A stretch of DNA of 64,000 bases from Hyalangium minutum (GCF_000737315.1 NZ_JMCB01000008.1:248001-312000); one strand, 5' to 3'. Numbered from the stretch's first letter, positions 9,514-19,457 are shown. Program-made: numbers and translations. Notes: generated by a model not told the origin, from the sequence alone.

Positions 9514-10872
9514 TCAGGGAGTCGCGAGCCGAGCCCCAGGGCCCTCCAGCGGGAGAATCCAGGGCCGGGGCGAGAGGCTGTACCGGTACGCCGCCAGGTC
9601 CACCGTTGGGTCCACGAGGAGTTGGCGGGGCCGCCCGTTCAATCGGACGGCCACCCAGGCTCGCACTTCCACTCCGGGTTGTCCCTGGCGCGCGTACTCC
9701 TCCGAGACGTGACGCGCGAAGGTGGCCAGCATGTCCGGGTGGGTCACCATCCGGTACGCCTGCTTGTCGGTGAGGTAGCGCAGCGGCTCCACCTCCCAGC
9801 GCTCACCGGAGGCTGGATCCGTGGCCTCGAAGCGCGCGTGGGCCCGCTTCTCCATGATCTTCATGTGCCAGGAGAAGAGGAACCCCTCCTCGTTCCAGAG
9901 CACTGGCCCCGGGTAGAGCCAGTGCCGCAGCGGCACCAGCACCTGCACGGTGAAGTGCACGCACAGCAGCACGGTGAGCCACGCCGCGGGCCGCCGCTCC
10001 AGCGCGGGCGCTGGGCTCTCCGCCGTGGGTGCAGACAGCGTCCCCGTACGAGCCCACGCAAGCGCCCGACGCGGCCAGTCCGGCTCGAAGAACAGGAGCA
10101 GCAGCGAGGCCGCCATCCACGGGAACACGCCGATGTTGAGCAGCAGCCCCGTCATCAAATGGAAGGACAACAGGGCGGCATAAGCCACCGGCCGCGTGCG
10201 CCTCCACAGCATGAATGGAGGGCCTAGCAGCACGACGAGCATGCCTCCCCAGCTCGCCCCGAGCGCCAGGACGGGCAGTGGCACCACGGGTGCCAGCGCA
10301 CGGGCCACCGGAGTGCCATCCAGCCACTGCACCAGGGGCTGGCCGTGGAGCAGCCAATCCGGCTGAAGCTTCGCCATCCCCGAGAAGGCATACGCCACCA
10401 TCAGCTGCGCGCGCAGCGTCCACAGGCACCAGGCGGGCACGGTGTCCCGGCGCAGTTCCGGGCGGCGCCGTGCATCCAGCGACCAGAGCCCCTCCAGCGG
10501 CATCAGCGCCATGAGGAAGGCCAGCAGGCACGCCAGGTAGTAGTGGTTCAGGTAGTGCGTCCGGTCCAGCAGCTGGACGTACGAGAACCCCACGGCCAGC
10601 ACGAGCATGCACGCCCGGTAGAACAGGCCCAGCATGACCCCCACCGCCGCCACCCCCAGCACGGCAAAGAGGGCGTACATCCCCACGGCCGACAGAGGCT
10701 TCACCCACCCGAACCCGGGAAACGTGAAGAAGAAGGAGGGAGCCACGTAGTAGGCGTGGATCCACCCCTTGAGGAAGTAGCGCAGGATCGCGGCGGCCAT
10801 GACCGCGCCGAAGGCGATGCGGAGCACCGCCAACGAGGCCACGTCCACGGGCCGAAGCAGCCACCGGGGCAT
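9514..10872 (-). CDS. HTTM-domain / vitamin K-dependent gamma-carboxylase-like membrane protein
   Basis: SLAVLRIAFG, YLNHYYL, AKLQPDWL, WNEEGFLFSWHMK, LNGRP motifs; multiple TM helices. Confidence 0.85.
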   Translation of the reverse strand: MPRWLLRPVDVASLAVLRIAFGAVMAAAILRYFLKGWIHAYYVAPSFFFTFPGFGWVKPLSAVGMYALFAVLGVAAVGVMLGLFYRACMLVLAVGFSYVQLLDRTHYLNHYYLACLLAFLMALMPLEGLWSLDARRRPELRRDTVPAWCLWTLRAQLMVAYAFSGMAKLQPDWLLHGQPLVQWLDGTPVARALAPVVPLPVLALGASWGGMLVVLLGPPFMLWRRTRPVAYAALLSFHLMTGLLLNIGVFPWMAASLLLLFFEPDWPRRALAWARTGTLSAPTAESPAPALERRPAAWLTVLLCVHFTVQVLVPLRHWLYPGPVLWNEEGFLFSWHMKIMEKRAHARFEATDPASGERWEVEPLRYLTDKQAYRMVTHPDMLATFARHVSEEYARQGQPGVEVRAWVAVRLNGRPRQLLVDPTVDLAAYRYSLSPRPWILPLEGPGARLATP

Positions 10873-10875
10873 GCG

Positions 10876-11517
10876 TCAGTCGAAGTCCGAGTCCCCGCCA
10901 CTGCCCGTATCGCCCAAGCATCCACCGCCACCCGAGGGATCCGTGCCGCGGTCATTCTCCTCGTCGTGGCGCACCTGGAACTCACACACCAGCGAGGTGC
11001 CGTCCTCGAAGAACAGCTTCAGCGTCGTCGACAGGCGGTTCTCCACGAAGGTGACGACCCGCTCCAGCGTGCCTGTCCGCAGCTTCGGACGAAGGCCCTG
11101 GGTCACCAAGTCCCAGTGCTTGATCTCGGGCGAGGGCGCGGGGATGAACCCTCCCGTACCGCCTGTACCACCATCCGCGCCGCCCGTGCCGCCATCCGTA
11201 CCGCCCGGGGTTCCACCGGGAGCCACCTCGCTCGGCAGGTTCAGCTCCACGCCTCCCGAGAGCACCGAGGAGCGAGCCACCACCGCGCTCATCACCACCT
11301 TCCGCTGGCCAAAGCTGACGGAGAGGATGTCCTCATTGTTGAGGTAGTTGATGGCGTAGAAGCTCTCCGGATCGATCTCATCCGACACCGCCAGGTTGCC
11401 GATGAACCCCTCGCAGCGCCCCGACGACGTGGAGGCGCGAGAGCAGTCACAGCGGCTGGTCATCATGACCAGGGCCATGAGGGAGAGAATCAGGTACGAC
11501 CGCGAGGATTTCTTCAT
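10876..11517 (-). CDS. Hypothetical exported/lipoprotein with Gly/Asp-rich linker
   Basis: MKK start, hydrophobic signal ending near RCDC, DGGTGG repeats, acidic C-terminus; 3-nt gap to the HTTM gene. Confidence 0.6.
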   Translation of the reverse strand: MKKSSRSYLILSLMALVMMTSRCDCSRASTSSGRCEGFIGNLAVSDEIDPESFYAINYLNNEDILSVSFGQRKVVMSAVVARSSVLSGGVELNLPSEVAPGGTPGGTDGGTGGADGGTGGTGGFIPAPSPEIKHWDLVTQGLRPKLRTGTLERVVTFVENRLSTTLKLFFEDGTSLVCEFQVRHDEENDRGTDPSGGGGCLGDTGSGGDSDFD

Positions 11518-11602
11518 GGTGGGGGGGCCTGGGTGCTCGGGGAGTGGCAACGCCACGAACCGGCAGTATTGGGTGGAAGAGAAGCCGCGGTCCAGAGGAG
11601 GC

Positions 11603-12214
11603 TCAGGCCCCCGAGCGCAACACCTTGAGGGCCTCGCGGAACAGCGCCTGGAAGGCGGCCTCGGGCCCCAGCCGCTCTCCGGCCATCTCCGCGGCCTTCT
11701 CCGCCTGCGGCGCCTTGTAGCCCAGGTTCAGCAGCGCCGAGACCAGGTCCGCCATGGGCCCCGCGGCCGGAGGCGGCGTCACCGCGCCCTTGGCCACGGC
11801 CTCCAGGTGGAGCGTCTTCACCTTCTCCTTGAGCTCCAGCACGAGCCGCTCGGCCGTCTTCTTGCCGATGCCGTGAATCTTGGTGAGCCGCGCCACCTCT
11901 TCCTTGGCGATGGCCACCACCAGCTCCGGCACCTCCATCCCGGACAGCACGGTGAGCGCCAGCCGCGGCCCCACGTGCGACACCGAGGTGAGCAGCAGGA
12001 ACATCTCCTCCTCGCCTCGAGTGAGGAAGCCAAACAGCTCGAAGGCGTCCTCGCGCACCACCGTGCGCACGCGCACCTGGACGGGCTGGCCCTCCGCGGG
12101 CAGCTTCCCCATCGTCAGCGTGGAGAAGAAGACACGGTAGCCCACCCCTCCCACGTCGATGATGGACTCGTCGAGGCCCTTCTCCTGCAGGGTTCCGCGC
12201 AGTGCCGCGATCAT
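11603..12214 (-). CDS. ruvA: Holliday junction branch migration protein RuvA
   Basis: MIAALRG, DVGGVGY, VSHVGPRLA, GIGKKTAERLVLELK, ALLNLGY. Confidence 0.95.
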   Translation of the reverse strand: MIAALRGTLQEKGLDESIIDVGGVGYRVFFSTLTMGKLPAEGQPVQVRVRTVVREDAFELFGFLTRGEEEMFLLLTSVSHVGPRLALTVLSGMEVPELVVAIAKEEVARLTKIHGIGKKTAERLVLELKEKVKTLHLEAVAKGAVTPPPAAGPMADLVSALLNLGYKAPQAEKAAEMAGERLGPEAAFQALFREALKVLRSGA

Positions 12215-12792
12215 CGCGCCTCCGGGCGCCGGTAGGACGGGCTCAGCCGATCCGCGAGGAGCGCCGCCGCGCCCTTGCGGCCCTTGGCGCGAGCCCCGCG
12301 AGAGCTGCCCGCGAGCAGGCCCGCGGCCCGGCCCTGGTTCAAGTGGCACAGCGCCACCGCGAGGGCGTCGCTGGCATCCGCCCGCTCAATCTCGTCGAGC
12401 CTCAGCAGGGAGCAAACCATGCGAGCAATGGCGTCCTTGCCGTCCGCGCCGCCCGCGCCCACCGAGCGCTTCACCTTCGCCGGCGGGTACTCGTACACGG
12501 GCAGCCCCGCCTGGGCCGCCGCCAGCAGCGCCACGCCTCGCGCGTGCCCCAGCACCAGGGCGCTGCGTGCGTTGCGGAAGGTGAAGACACCCTCCACCGC
12601 CACCGCCTCGGGCTTGAGGTGGCGCAGCGCGCCCGTCAGCTCGGCGTGCAGCACCATCAGCCGCTCGTGCAGTGGGGCGTTGGGGTCCACCTTGATGACC
12701 CCATGGGCCACATGGGTGAGCCGGCCCCGCCGCTCCTCCACCACGCCATAGCCCATGAAGCGGCTGCCAGGATCGACCCCTAGGACGCGCAC
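12211..12792 (-). CDS. ruvC: Crossover junction endodeoxyribonuclease RuvC
   Basis: VRVLGVDPGS, AVEGVF, LGHARG, DASDALAVALCH; ATGA overlap with ruvA. Confidence 0.95.
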   Translation of the reverse strand: MRVLGVDPGSRFMGYGVVEERRGRLTHVAHGVIKVDPNAPLHERLMVLHAELTGALRHLKPEAVAVEGVFTFRNARSALVLGHARGVALLAAAQAGLPVYEYPPAKVKRSVGAGGADGKDAIARMVCSLLRLDEIERADASDALAVALCHLNQGRAAGLLAGSSRGARAKGRKGAAALLADRLSPSYRRPEAR

Positions 12793-12824
12793 GTTCCTCT
12801 CCACCACCCCAACGAAACAGGTGT

Positions 12825-13574
12825 TCAGCCTTGTAACGCGTCCATCAACGCCTCGTCGATCTCGAAGTTGGCGTGGACGTTCTGGACGTCGTCGTTGTCC
12901 TCCAGCGCGTCCATCAGCTTGAGCATCTTCTTGGCGTTCTCGCCCTCGAGCTTCACCGTGTTCTGCGGGAAGAAGCTCCACCTCTGCTCGCCCAGCTTGA
13001 GCCCCGCCGACTCCAGGCTGTTGGCCACCGTGTGCAGGTCCACAGGCGCCGTGCGCACCTCGAAGCCGTCCGTTCCCTGGTTGATGACGTCCTCGGCGCC
13101 GGCCTCGATGGCCTTCTCCATCACCTGGTCCTCGGAGGGGCCCGGCTTCACGGCGATGACGCCCTTCTTCTGGAACATCCAGCCGACCGCGCCCTCGGCG
13201 CCGAGGTTGCCTCCACCCTTGTTGAAGAGGATCCGCACGTCTCCCGCGGTGCGGTTGCGGTTGTCCGTGAGGCACTCGACCAGGACAGCCACGCCGCCGG
13301 GGCCATAGCCCTCGTACATCACCTCTTCGTAGCTCTCGCCCTCCAGCTCGCCGGTGCCCTTCTTGATGGCGCGCTCGATGGAGTCCTTGGGCATGTTCGC
13401 CTCGCGCGCCGCGGCGATGGCGACGCGCAGGCGGGCGTTACCGGTGGGATCCCCGCCGCCCAGGCGGGCCGCGACGGTGAGCTCCTTGATGACCTTGCTG
13501 TACAGCTTGCCCTTGGTCGCGCCCATGGCGGCCTTCTGGCGCTTGATCTTGGACCATCGGTTATGACCGGACAT
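12825..13574 (-). CDS. yebC: YebC/PmpR family protein
   Basis: MSGHNRWSKIK, YEGYGPGG, LEDNDDVQNV; directly upstream of ruvC. Confidence 0.95.
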   Translation of the reverse strand: MSGHNRWSKIKRQKAAMGATKGKLYSKVIKELTVAARLGGGDPTGNARLRVAIAAAREANMPKDSIERAIKKGTGELEGESYEEVMYEGYGPGGVAVLVECLTDNRNRTAGDVRILFNKGGGNLGAEGAVGWMFQKKGVIAVKPGPSEDQVMEKAIEAGAEDVINQGTDGFEVRTAPVDLHTVANSLESAGLKLGEQRWSFFPQNTVKLEGENAKKMLKLMDALEDNDDVQNVHANFEIDEALMDALQG

Positions 13575-13637
13575 GGCGGGGCAACTTCTCCCCTAACCCC
13601 ACCCACCGAGTCAAACCCCGAGTCGAACGGCCAGGGA

Positions 13638-15131
13638 CTACGCCTCGGCTTGGAGGGCGCGGGACTTGCCCTCTTCCCGGCGGCGGGCCGCAGGCTTCGG
13701 GAAGTGCAGGATGACGGGGACGCTCTGCACGGGCTTGGACGCCTCGGCGGCCGCGCTCTCGTCCACGGTCTCCTGGGCCTGAACCGGAGCCGGCTCCGGA
13801 TCCACCGCCGGAGTTGCCTCGGCCACCGGAGCCGCCTCGACCGTCGGAGCCGCCTCGGCCGCCGGAGCCGCCTCCGCCTCGCGCTCCGCCGCCTCTTGAA
13901 CCCGGGCCTCGAGCGCCTCCGCCGCACGCTCCTCGGACTCGTGCGCAGCCACCTCACGCGCGACCCGGGCAGCCTCGGCCTCCGCCGGCTCAAAGAAGCG
14001 CGGCGCATCCAGCGAGCGCTCCCGCTCCTCGACGCGGCTGGCGGGCACCAGCACCCCCAGCACGAACAGGTGCATCGCCGCCTCGAACGCCACCACCTCG
14101 GGCAGCCGGCACTCCAGCAGCACCGCGCGCACCGTGCGCCGCCCATCGAAGAGGCGCACCAGGGCAATCACCTCGTCCGGCAGCTCGGAGAGGTGCTCGG
14201 CCATCCGCGCGAAGTCCACCGTGAGGCGCGCCGCCAGCGGCACCCCCACCTCGCGCAGCCGCTCGAAGCGCTCCAGGGCGGGCAGCACCTCGGCGCGAAG
14301 GAACGCCCGGTCCATCAGCAGCGAGCCCCGGTGCAGCTCGGGGCCAAAATTCACGCCGAACACCCCGCTGCCGAAGGCCAGCAGGCGCCGGAAGCCCAGC
14401 ACGCCCCGCTCGCCCTGGAAGGCCGCGTCCACCACGCGCCCGCCGCGGAAGGCGAAGAACCCGTCCCCGCCGTCCTTGAGCACCACGCGGCCCGAGCGCG
14501 CACCGGCCAGCAGCGCACGCGCAATCTCCGTCAGGGGCAGCCGCGCCGAGTGCGCCTCGTACTCACTCTCCCCCGTGCGCCGGCCCGCCTTGAGCCGCGC
14601 CAGGGCCACCACGTCCTGCACCATCACCGGCTTGGCCAGGTAATCGTCCGCGCCCATGTTCGCGGCCAGCTCCGGGTGGAACGACTCGCGGCGGCTGGCC
14701 AGCAGGAACACCGGCACCTGCGCCGTGCGCAGCTCCGTGCGCACCAGTCCGCAGAGCGTGAAGCCGTCCATGCCCGGCAGCTCCGTCTCGGAGACGATCA
14801 ACCCCGGCAGCACTCCACCCGGCGCCAGCTCCTCGCGGGCGTCCTCCGCCGAGCCCACCAGCGCCACCTCGAAGCCCGCCTCGGACAGGGCCGTCCCCAG
14901 CTCGGAGCGGTACTGCGCCTCCGGCTCCACCAGGAGCACGCGCAAACGCCTCGCTTTCCGGCTGCGAGGACTGAGTCCGCAGGCGGAAGAGGCTGGCTCA
15001 AGAATGGTCGCGCGAGGGGAACGGGCGGCCATGGGGGGCTCCAGGAGGCGGGTGAGGAAACGTTCGATTATCGGCTCAAACGGTAATAATCCGGGATAGT
15101 GGAACTGCTTTTCATCATGACGCGATCTCAA
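13638..15131 (-). CDS. Atypical receiver domain + DUF4388-like protein
   Basis: Receiver fold (LLVEPE, IVSETELPGMDG, GADDYLAKP) with Asp-to-Glu changes; FRGGRVVDA segment; start uncertain. Confidence 0.7.
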   Translation of the reverse strand: MRSRHDEKQFHYPGLLPFEPIIERFLTRLLEPPMAARSPRATILEPASSACGLSPRSRKARRLRVLLVEPEAQYRSELGTALSEAGFEVALVGSAEDAREELAPGGVLPGLIVSETELPGMDGFTLCGLVRTELRTAQVPVFLLASRRESFHPELAANMGADDYLAKPVMVQDVVALARLKAGRRTGESEYEAHSARLPLTEIARALLAGARSGRVVLKDGGDGFFAFRGGRVVDAAFQGERGVLGFRRLLAFGSGVFGVNFGPELHRGSLLMDRAFLRAEVLPALERFERLREVGVPLAARLTVDFARMAEHLSELPDEVIALVRLFDGRRTVRAVLLECRLPEVVAFEAAMHLFVLGVLVPASRVEERERSLDAPRFFEPAEAEAARVAREVAAHESEERAAEALEARVQEAAEREAEAAPAAEAAPTVEAAPVAEATPAVDPEPAPVQAQETVDESAAAEASKPVQSVPVILHFPKPAARRREEGKSRALQAEA

Positions 15132-15139
15132 TCTGTAAG

Positions 15140-15158
15140 AAAGTCCCTGGAGGACTTT
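15140..15158. promoter_or_regulatory. Inverted repeat in a divergent intergenic region (possible operator)
   Basis: aaagtcc-ctgga-ggacttt in an AT-rich spacer. Confidence 0.3.
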
Positions 15159-15243
15159 TTTATTTTGGAACTCCAGGCTGTCCGGAATTGAGCGTCAGCG
15201 GAGGAAAGGTCGACGACTCCCGGCAGGCGCGTAAGGTGGGCGC

Positions 15244-15903
15244 ATGAAGCGCCCAGTCTTACTGCTGGCCCTCGTGTTCGCTCTCCCGGTCCCCGTGGCT
15301 GCGCAAGGGGCGGCTCCAGCCCGCGAGGAGTGGTCCTTTGGGACGGTGGTGGCCCCGGCCATGCTGCCGGAGGGGGCCTCCTCCGTGTACGGCTACATCG
15401 GTGTGCCCGAGATGGGAGGGGGCTACCGGCAGGGACTCTCCCTGTTCGAGATCGAGGCCCGGGGGCGGCTGGACTACTTCCGGCTGGCGGGCATCCTGGA
15501 AGTCGGGGCGCGCAAGACGGTGGTGAGCGACGGGCCCACGACCATCGCTCCCACGCTGAGCCTGGGGCTGGTGTTCAACTCGGGCAGCGCGTACCTGGAC
15601 GCGGACAACTTCGGCGGAACCCTGGTGCGCATCACCCCGGGGCTCATCATCGGCTGGCGGGTGGCGGACACGGTGATGCTGCTGGGGCTCTTGGACTTGC
15701 CGGTGGACCTGGGACTGGACCCCACGGGGGCGCGGCGGTTCCAGGCGCTCACGGGCGGAGGGGCGGAGTTCTACCTGGGCTCGGGGATTTCGCTGCTCAC
15801 GGCGGGGCAGATCGGCGTGGAGAGCTTCAAGGCGCCGCTGAAGGACAATGAGGTGCGGCTGGGCTACCAGGTGCGGCTGGGCATCGGCACGCGGCTGTTC
15901 TGA
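15244..15903 (+). CDS. Hypothetical outer-membrane beta-barrel-like protein
   Basis: Signal peptide, alternating beta-strand pattern, C-terminal Phe. Confidence 0.6.
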   Translation: MKRPVLLLALVFALPVPVAAQGAAPAREEWSFGTVVAPAMLPEGASSVYGYIGVPEMGGGYRQGLSLFEIEARGRLDYFRLAGILEVGARKTVVSDGPTTIAPTLSLGLVFNSGSAYLDADNFGGTLVRITPGLIIGWRVADTVMLLGLLDLPVDLGLDPTGARRFQALTGGGAEFYLGSGISLLTAGQIGVESFKAPLKDNEVRLGYQVRLGIGTRLF

Positions 15904-15921
15904 GACACGTCCCAGCCGCGC

Positions 15922-17298
15922 TCACGTGAGCCCATAGCGCTCGAGCTTCTTGAGCAGCCCCTGCCGGGAGAGCCCGAGCGCCTCGGCGGTATGGGTGCGG
16001 TTGCCATGGAAGCGGCGCAGGGCCTCCTCGATCTCCCGGCGCTCCAGGGCCTCCACCTTCTGCTGGAGCGTGGTGGCCCCTGGGGCGGGCGTGCGCGGAC
16101 GATCGCTGCCGGTGAAGGACAAGTCTTCGGGCTGAATCTCGCGCCGCTCGCCCGCGAGCACGGAGGTGCGCTGCATCTCATGGCGCAGCTCGCGCAGGTT
16201 GCCGGGCCAGGGGTGCGACAGGAGCGCCTCGGTGGCGGCGTCCGAGAGCTGCCGGGCGCGGCCATCCGGGCACAGGTGAGCACACTGGTTGAGGAAGTGC
16301 CGCGCGAGCAGCGGCAGATCCGCGGTGCGCTGGCGCAGGGGCGGCAGGTGCACCTCCACGCCTTTGATGCGCCAGTAGAGGTCCTCGCGGAAGGTGCCGG
16401 CCTGCTGCATCGCTCCGAGGTCCTTGTTGGTGGCGGACAGGCAGCGCACGTCCACGCGCGAGGGCCGATCCGCGCCGACGGGGAGGATGTCCCCCGTCTC
16501 CAGAGCGCGCAGCACCTTCACCTGGAGCGAAGGCGTCATGTCGCCGATCTCATCGAGGAAGAGCGTGCCGCCGTCGGCCTCGGCGAACAGACCACGGTGG
16601 TCCCGCGTGGCGCCGGTGAAGGCGCCCTTCACGTGGCCAAAGAGGGCGCTCTCCAGCAGGTTCTCGGGGAGCGCACCGCAGTTGACGGGGATGAAGGGCC
16701 CGGCGTGGCGGCGGCTCTTGAGGTGAATGGAGCGGGCGAGCAGCTCTTTACCGGTGCCGTTCTCGCCGGTGATGAGGACGGGGAGATCGCTGGCGGCGAT
16801 GCGCTCGGCGAGCGAGACGGCGGAGAGGAACGGCGCGCTCTGCCCCACCATGGCGGTGTCCCCACCGGCGCGGGCGAGCGAGGACTGCAGGGCCTCCACC
16901 TGCCGCTCCAGGGCGACGCGGGCCAGGGCACGCTGCACCACCACGAGGAGCACGTCCGGATCCACGGGCTTGGTGAGGAAGTCGTAGGCGCCCAGGCGGA
17001 TGGCCTCGAGCGAGTGGCGCGTGTCCCCCGCGCCGGAGACGACGATGACCTTGGTACCGGGCCGTGCGGCCAGCAGCGCGCCGAGCTGCTCCAGCCCAGC
17101 GGACACGCTGCCATCCGGCGGGAGCATCAGATCCAGCAGGACGAGGGGAAACGCGCGGGCCTCCACTGCGGCGCGGGCGGAGGGGCGATCCGCGGCCTCG
17201 ACGAGCTCATGGCCCGCGTCACGCAGCAGCCCGCCATAGACCTTGCGAAAGGCCGCGTCGTCATCGACGAGGAGCAGCGGAGGGAGAGAGGGGCTCAT
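15922..17298 (-). CDS. Sigma54-dependent Fis-family response regulator (NtrC-like)
   Basis: LLVDDD receiver, GENGTGKE, GAFTGA, WPGNLREL, C-terminal HTH. Confidence 0.92.
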   Translation of the reverse strand: MSPSLPPLLLVDDDAAFRKVYGGLLRDAGHELVEAADRPSARAAVEARAFPLVLLDLMLPPDGSVSAGLEQLGALLAARPGTKVIVVSGAGDTRHSLEAIRLGAYDFLTKPVDPDVLLVVVQRALARVALERQVEALQSSLARAGGDTAMVGQSAPFLSAVSLAERIAASDLPVLITGENGTGKELLARSIHLKSRRHAGPFIPVNCGALPENLLESALFGHVKGAFTGATRDHRGLFAEADGGTLFLDEIGDMTPSLQVKVLRALETGDILPVGADRPSRVDVRCLSATNKDLGAMQQAGTFREDLYWRIKGVEVHLPPLRQRTADLPLLARHFLNQCAHLCPDGRARQLSDAATEALLSHPWPGNLRELRHEMQRTSVLAGERREIQPEDLSFTGSDRPRTPAPGATTLQQKVEALERREIEEALRRFHGNRTHTAEALGLSRQGLLKKLERYGLT

Positions 17299-17314
17299 GG
17301 CAGCAGATCCTGGT

Positions 17315-17548
17315 TTACTCCGGCAGCGGTGCCTGACGCGGCGTGCCCATCAGCTCCAGCGTGCGGGCGGCCACACGGATGAGGGTCTGGGCGCAGGGCT
17401 CACAGCCGCCCCCACAGCACACGGGCCAGCGGCCCTCGGGGTTCCTCAGGAGCGGCCGGACCGAGGACCGGTAATACGAGGGCAGCTTCAGCTCCTCACT
17501 GGCGCGGGTGAGCGCGGCTTCGAGCGGAGAATCGGAGGCGTCGGACAC
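17315..17548 (-). CDS. Small Cys-rich oxidoreductase-like domain protein
   Basis: CCGGGCEPC motif; short gaps to both neighbours on the same strand. Confidence 0.6.
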   Translation of the reverse strand: MSDASDSPLEAALTRASEELKLPSYYRSSVRPLLRNPEGRWPVCCGGGCEPCAQTLIRVAARTLELMGTPRQAPLPE

Positions 17549-17555
17549 GCCCTGT

Positions 17556-19457
17556 CTATAACCCGCTCGAGCCCCCCGCGCCCACGGCCGTCACCGCCAC
17601 ACAGGCCTGGCGCTCGGTGACGCCGCGCAGCTCGGCCTCGAAGCGCGTGGCATCCAGGCGCTCCTCGCGGATGCGCTCGGCGATCTCCGGGTGCTGAAAG
17701 AGGCTCTCCAGGAGGACCACCTGCCCTCCCCTCGCCTTGCCCTGCAGGCGCGCCGCCAGGTTCACCGTGCTCCCGAAGAGATCCAACCGCTGGTTGGCGC
17801 GCACGGCGAGGCACGGGCCCTCGTGGAGCCCCACCTTCAAGCGCAGCCCATGGTGGCTGTGGAGCTGCTCCGTCTCGCGCACCATCTGCAGGGCCGCCGC
17901 GAAGGCCTGCCCGGCGCGAGGAAAGGCGGCCATCACCGCGTCCCCCATCGTCTTGAGCACCGCGCCCTCGTGGCTCGCGACGGCCCGCGCCACCGTCTGG
18001 AAGTGCTGCTCGATGAGGGCGAAAGCCCGCGCATCGCCGATCTGCTCATAGAGCGAGGTGCTGCCCGTGAGGTCCGTGAACAGCACCACCATGGAGCCGA
18101 TGGACAGCTCCATCCCCACAGCCGGGGCCTCAGCGGAGAACAGGCTGTGGAAGTCCGGCACCGCGAGCACGTCCTTACCGAGCGCCGCCTCGGGCAGCCA
18201 GTCCACGCGCTCGATGGCGAACTCCTCCTCGCGAGGCGTGTCATTGACGAGCAGGAGTGAGACCCCCGACCCCTCCGCCGTGCCCTCCGCAGGAGCCACC
18301 GCGAGCGTCTGGGGGCCCAGCGTCACCTGGAGCCGGGCGCCGGGCTTCACGGGGAGCGCGGTGCGGTAGCGCAGCATGGCCGTGCGCAGGGCATAAGCAC
18401 TGTCCGGCAGCTCCAGGGACACCTCCCGTCGGCTGTGCGGAGCGACGATGAAGTTCGCCCGCACGTGGGGCCGGAACCAGGGCGAGCCCGCGCTGTACGT
18501 GCCCGGAGCCAGCATGCGAATGGCCGGGCTCACCCGGAAGATCGCCTCCACGTTCGACGCGAAGTCCAGGCCGAAGGAGCGGTCGCAGTCGACGCAGTAG
18601 CCCTCGCGCTTCAAGCCGTCGAGGTTGGGCACCTCCTGCACGCCCTCGCGGCACATGGGGCAATCCAGCTGCCACTGGAGCTCATAGAGCCCCGCCCTCG
18701 CCGCGTGCAGGAAGGCCTGAAGCACCTCCCGCCGCTCGAAGTCCCAGGTGCTCGCGAGCTCGAACGGGCGGATCTGCCGCAGCTCATCGTCGAAGGCCTC
18801 CTGGATGAAGCGGACCATGCGCTCCCGGAGCTCGGGCTTGACCGGAGCGCTGGCGAAGCGCTGCGCCCGGAGCTGGAGCTCCTTGTCCAGCACGAGCCCT
18901 CGGAGACCAAACGCCGATCCATCCGGCTCCAGCTGGCCGAGCAGGTGCCGCAGCTGGATGACGGCGGGCTCCGGGCCCGGCTCCAGGGAGACCTTCATCC
19001 GCGCACGCATGAAGAGCCGAGCCAGGGCATCGATGTAGAGCTTCAGCCCCTGCTCGAAGGCCTGGATGAGCCGGCCCTCGACGCGCGAGTCCAGCGGCTT
19101 GTCCGCCTCGGCGTACACGGTGACGGAGACGCGGGAGCCCCCGGGCACGGACTGCAGCTCCGCGCGGATGCCGCTCTCGCGAATGGGGCCGGCCAGGTAC
19201 CGGCGCAGGGCGTGGATGAACTGGCCCTCCACCCACTCGCCTCGCTCCAGCCACTCGGCCTCGCCCCAAGACTGGTAGGCGTGACCGATGCGGGCGCGGA
19301 CTTGCTCGCTCTCGGCGCCGAGCATGCGGTAGCGATAATCGGTGGGATTCATGCCCACGATCCGGTCCCACCGGTTCGTATCCGCGACGAGCCCCCACAC
19401 GAGCTCGGGGGGCGCGGGCAACTGACGCTCCTGGGTTCGGGAGTACTGAATCGCCAT
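17556..19457 (-). CDS. SRPBCC + Zn-ribbon (DUF5939-like) + class III adenylate/guanylate cyclase
   Basis: APPELVWGLVADT, CPMC/CVDC, LFTDLTGST, KTMGDAVMA, DLFGSTVNLAARL; likely start ATG 19457. Confidence 0.88.
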   Translation of the reverse strand: MAIQYSRTQERQLPAPPELVWGLVADTNRWDRIVGMNPTDYRYRMLGAESEQVRARIGHAYQSWGEAEWLERGEWVEGQFIHALRRYLAGPIRESGIRAELQSVPGGSRVSVTVYAEADKPLDSRVEGRLIQAFEQGLKLYIDALARLFMRARMKVSLEPGPEPAVIQLRHLLGQLEPDGSAFGLRGLVLDKELQLRAQRFASAPVKPELRERMVRFIQEAFDDELRQIRPFELASTWDFERREVLQAFLHAARAGLYELQWQLDCPMCREGVQEVPNLDGLKREGYCVDCDRSFGLDFASNVEAIFRVSPAIRMLAPGTYSAGSPWFRPHVRANFIVAPHSRREVSLELPDSAYALRTAMLRYRTALPVKPGARLQVTLGPQTLAVAPAEGTAEGSGVSLLLVNDTPREEEFAIERVDWLPEAALGKDVLAVPDFHSLFSAEAPAVGMELSIGSMVVLFTDLTGSTSLYEQIGDARAFALIEQHFQTVARAVASHEGAVLKTMGDAVMAAFPRAGQAFAAALQMVRETEQLHSHHGLRLKVGLHEGPCLAVRANQRLDLFGSTVNLAARLQGKARGGQVVLLESLFQHPEIAERIREERLDATRFEAELRGVTERQACVAVTAVGAGGSSGL

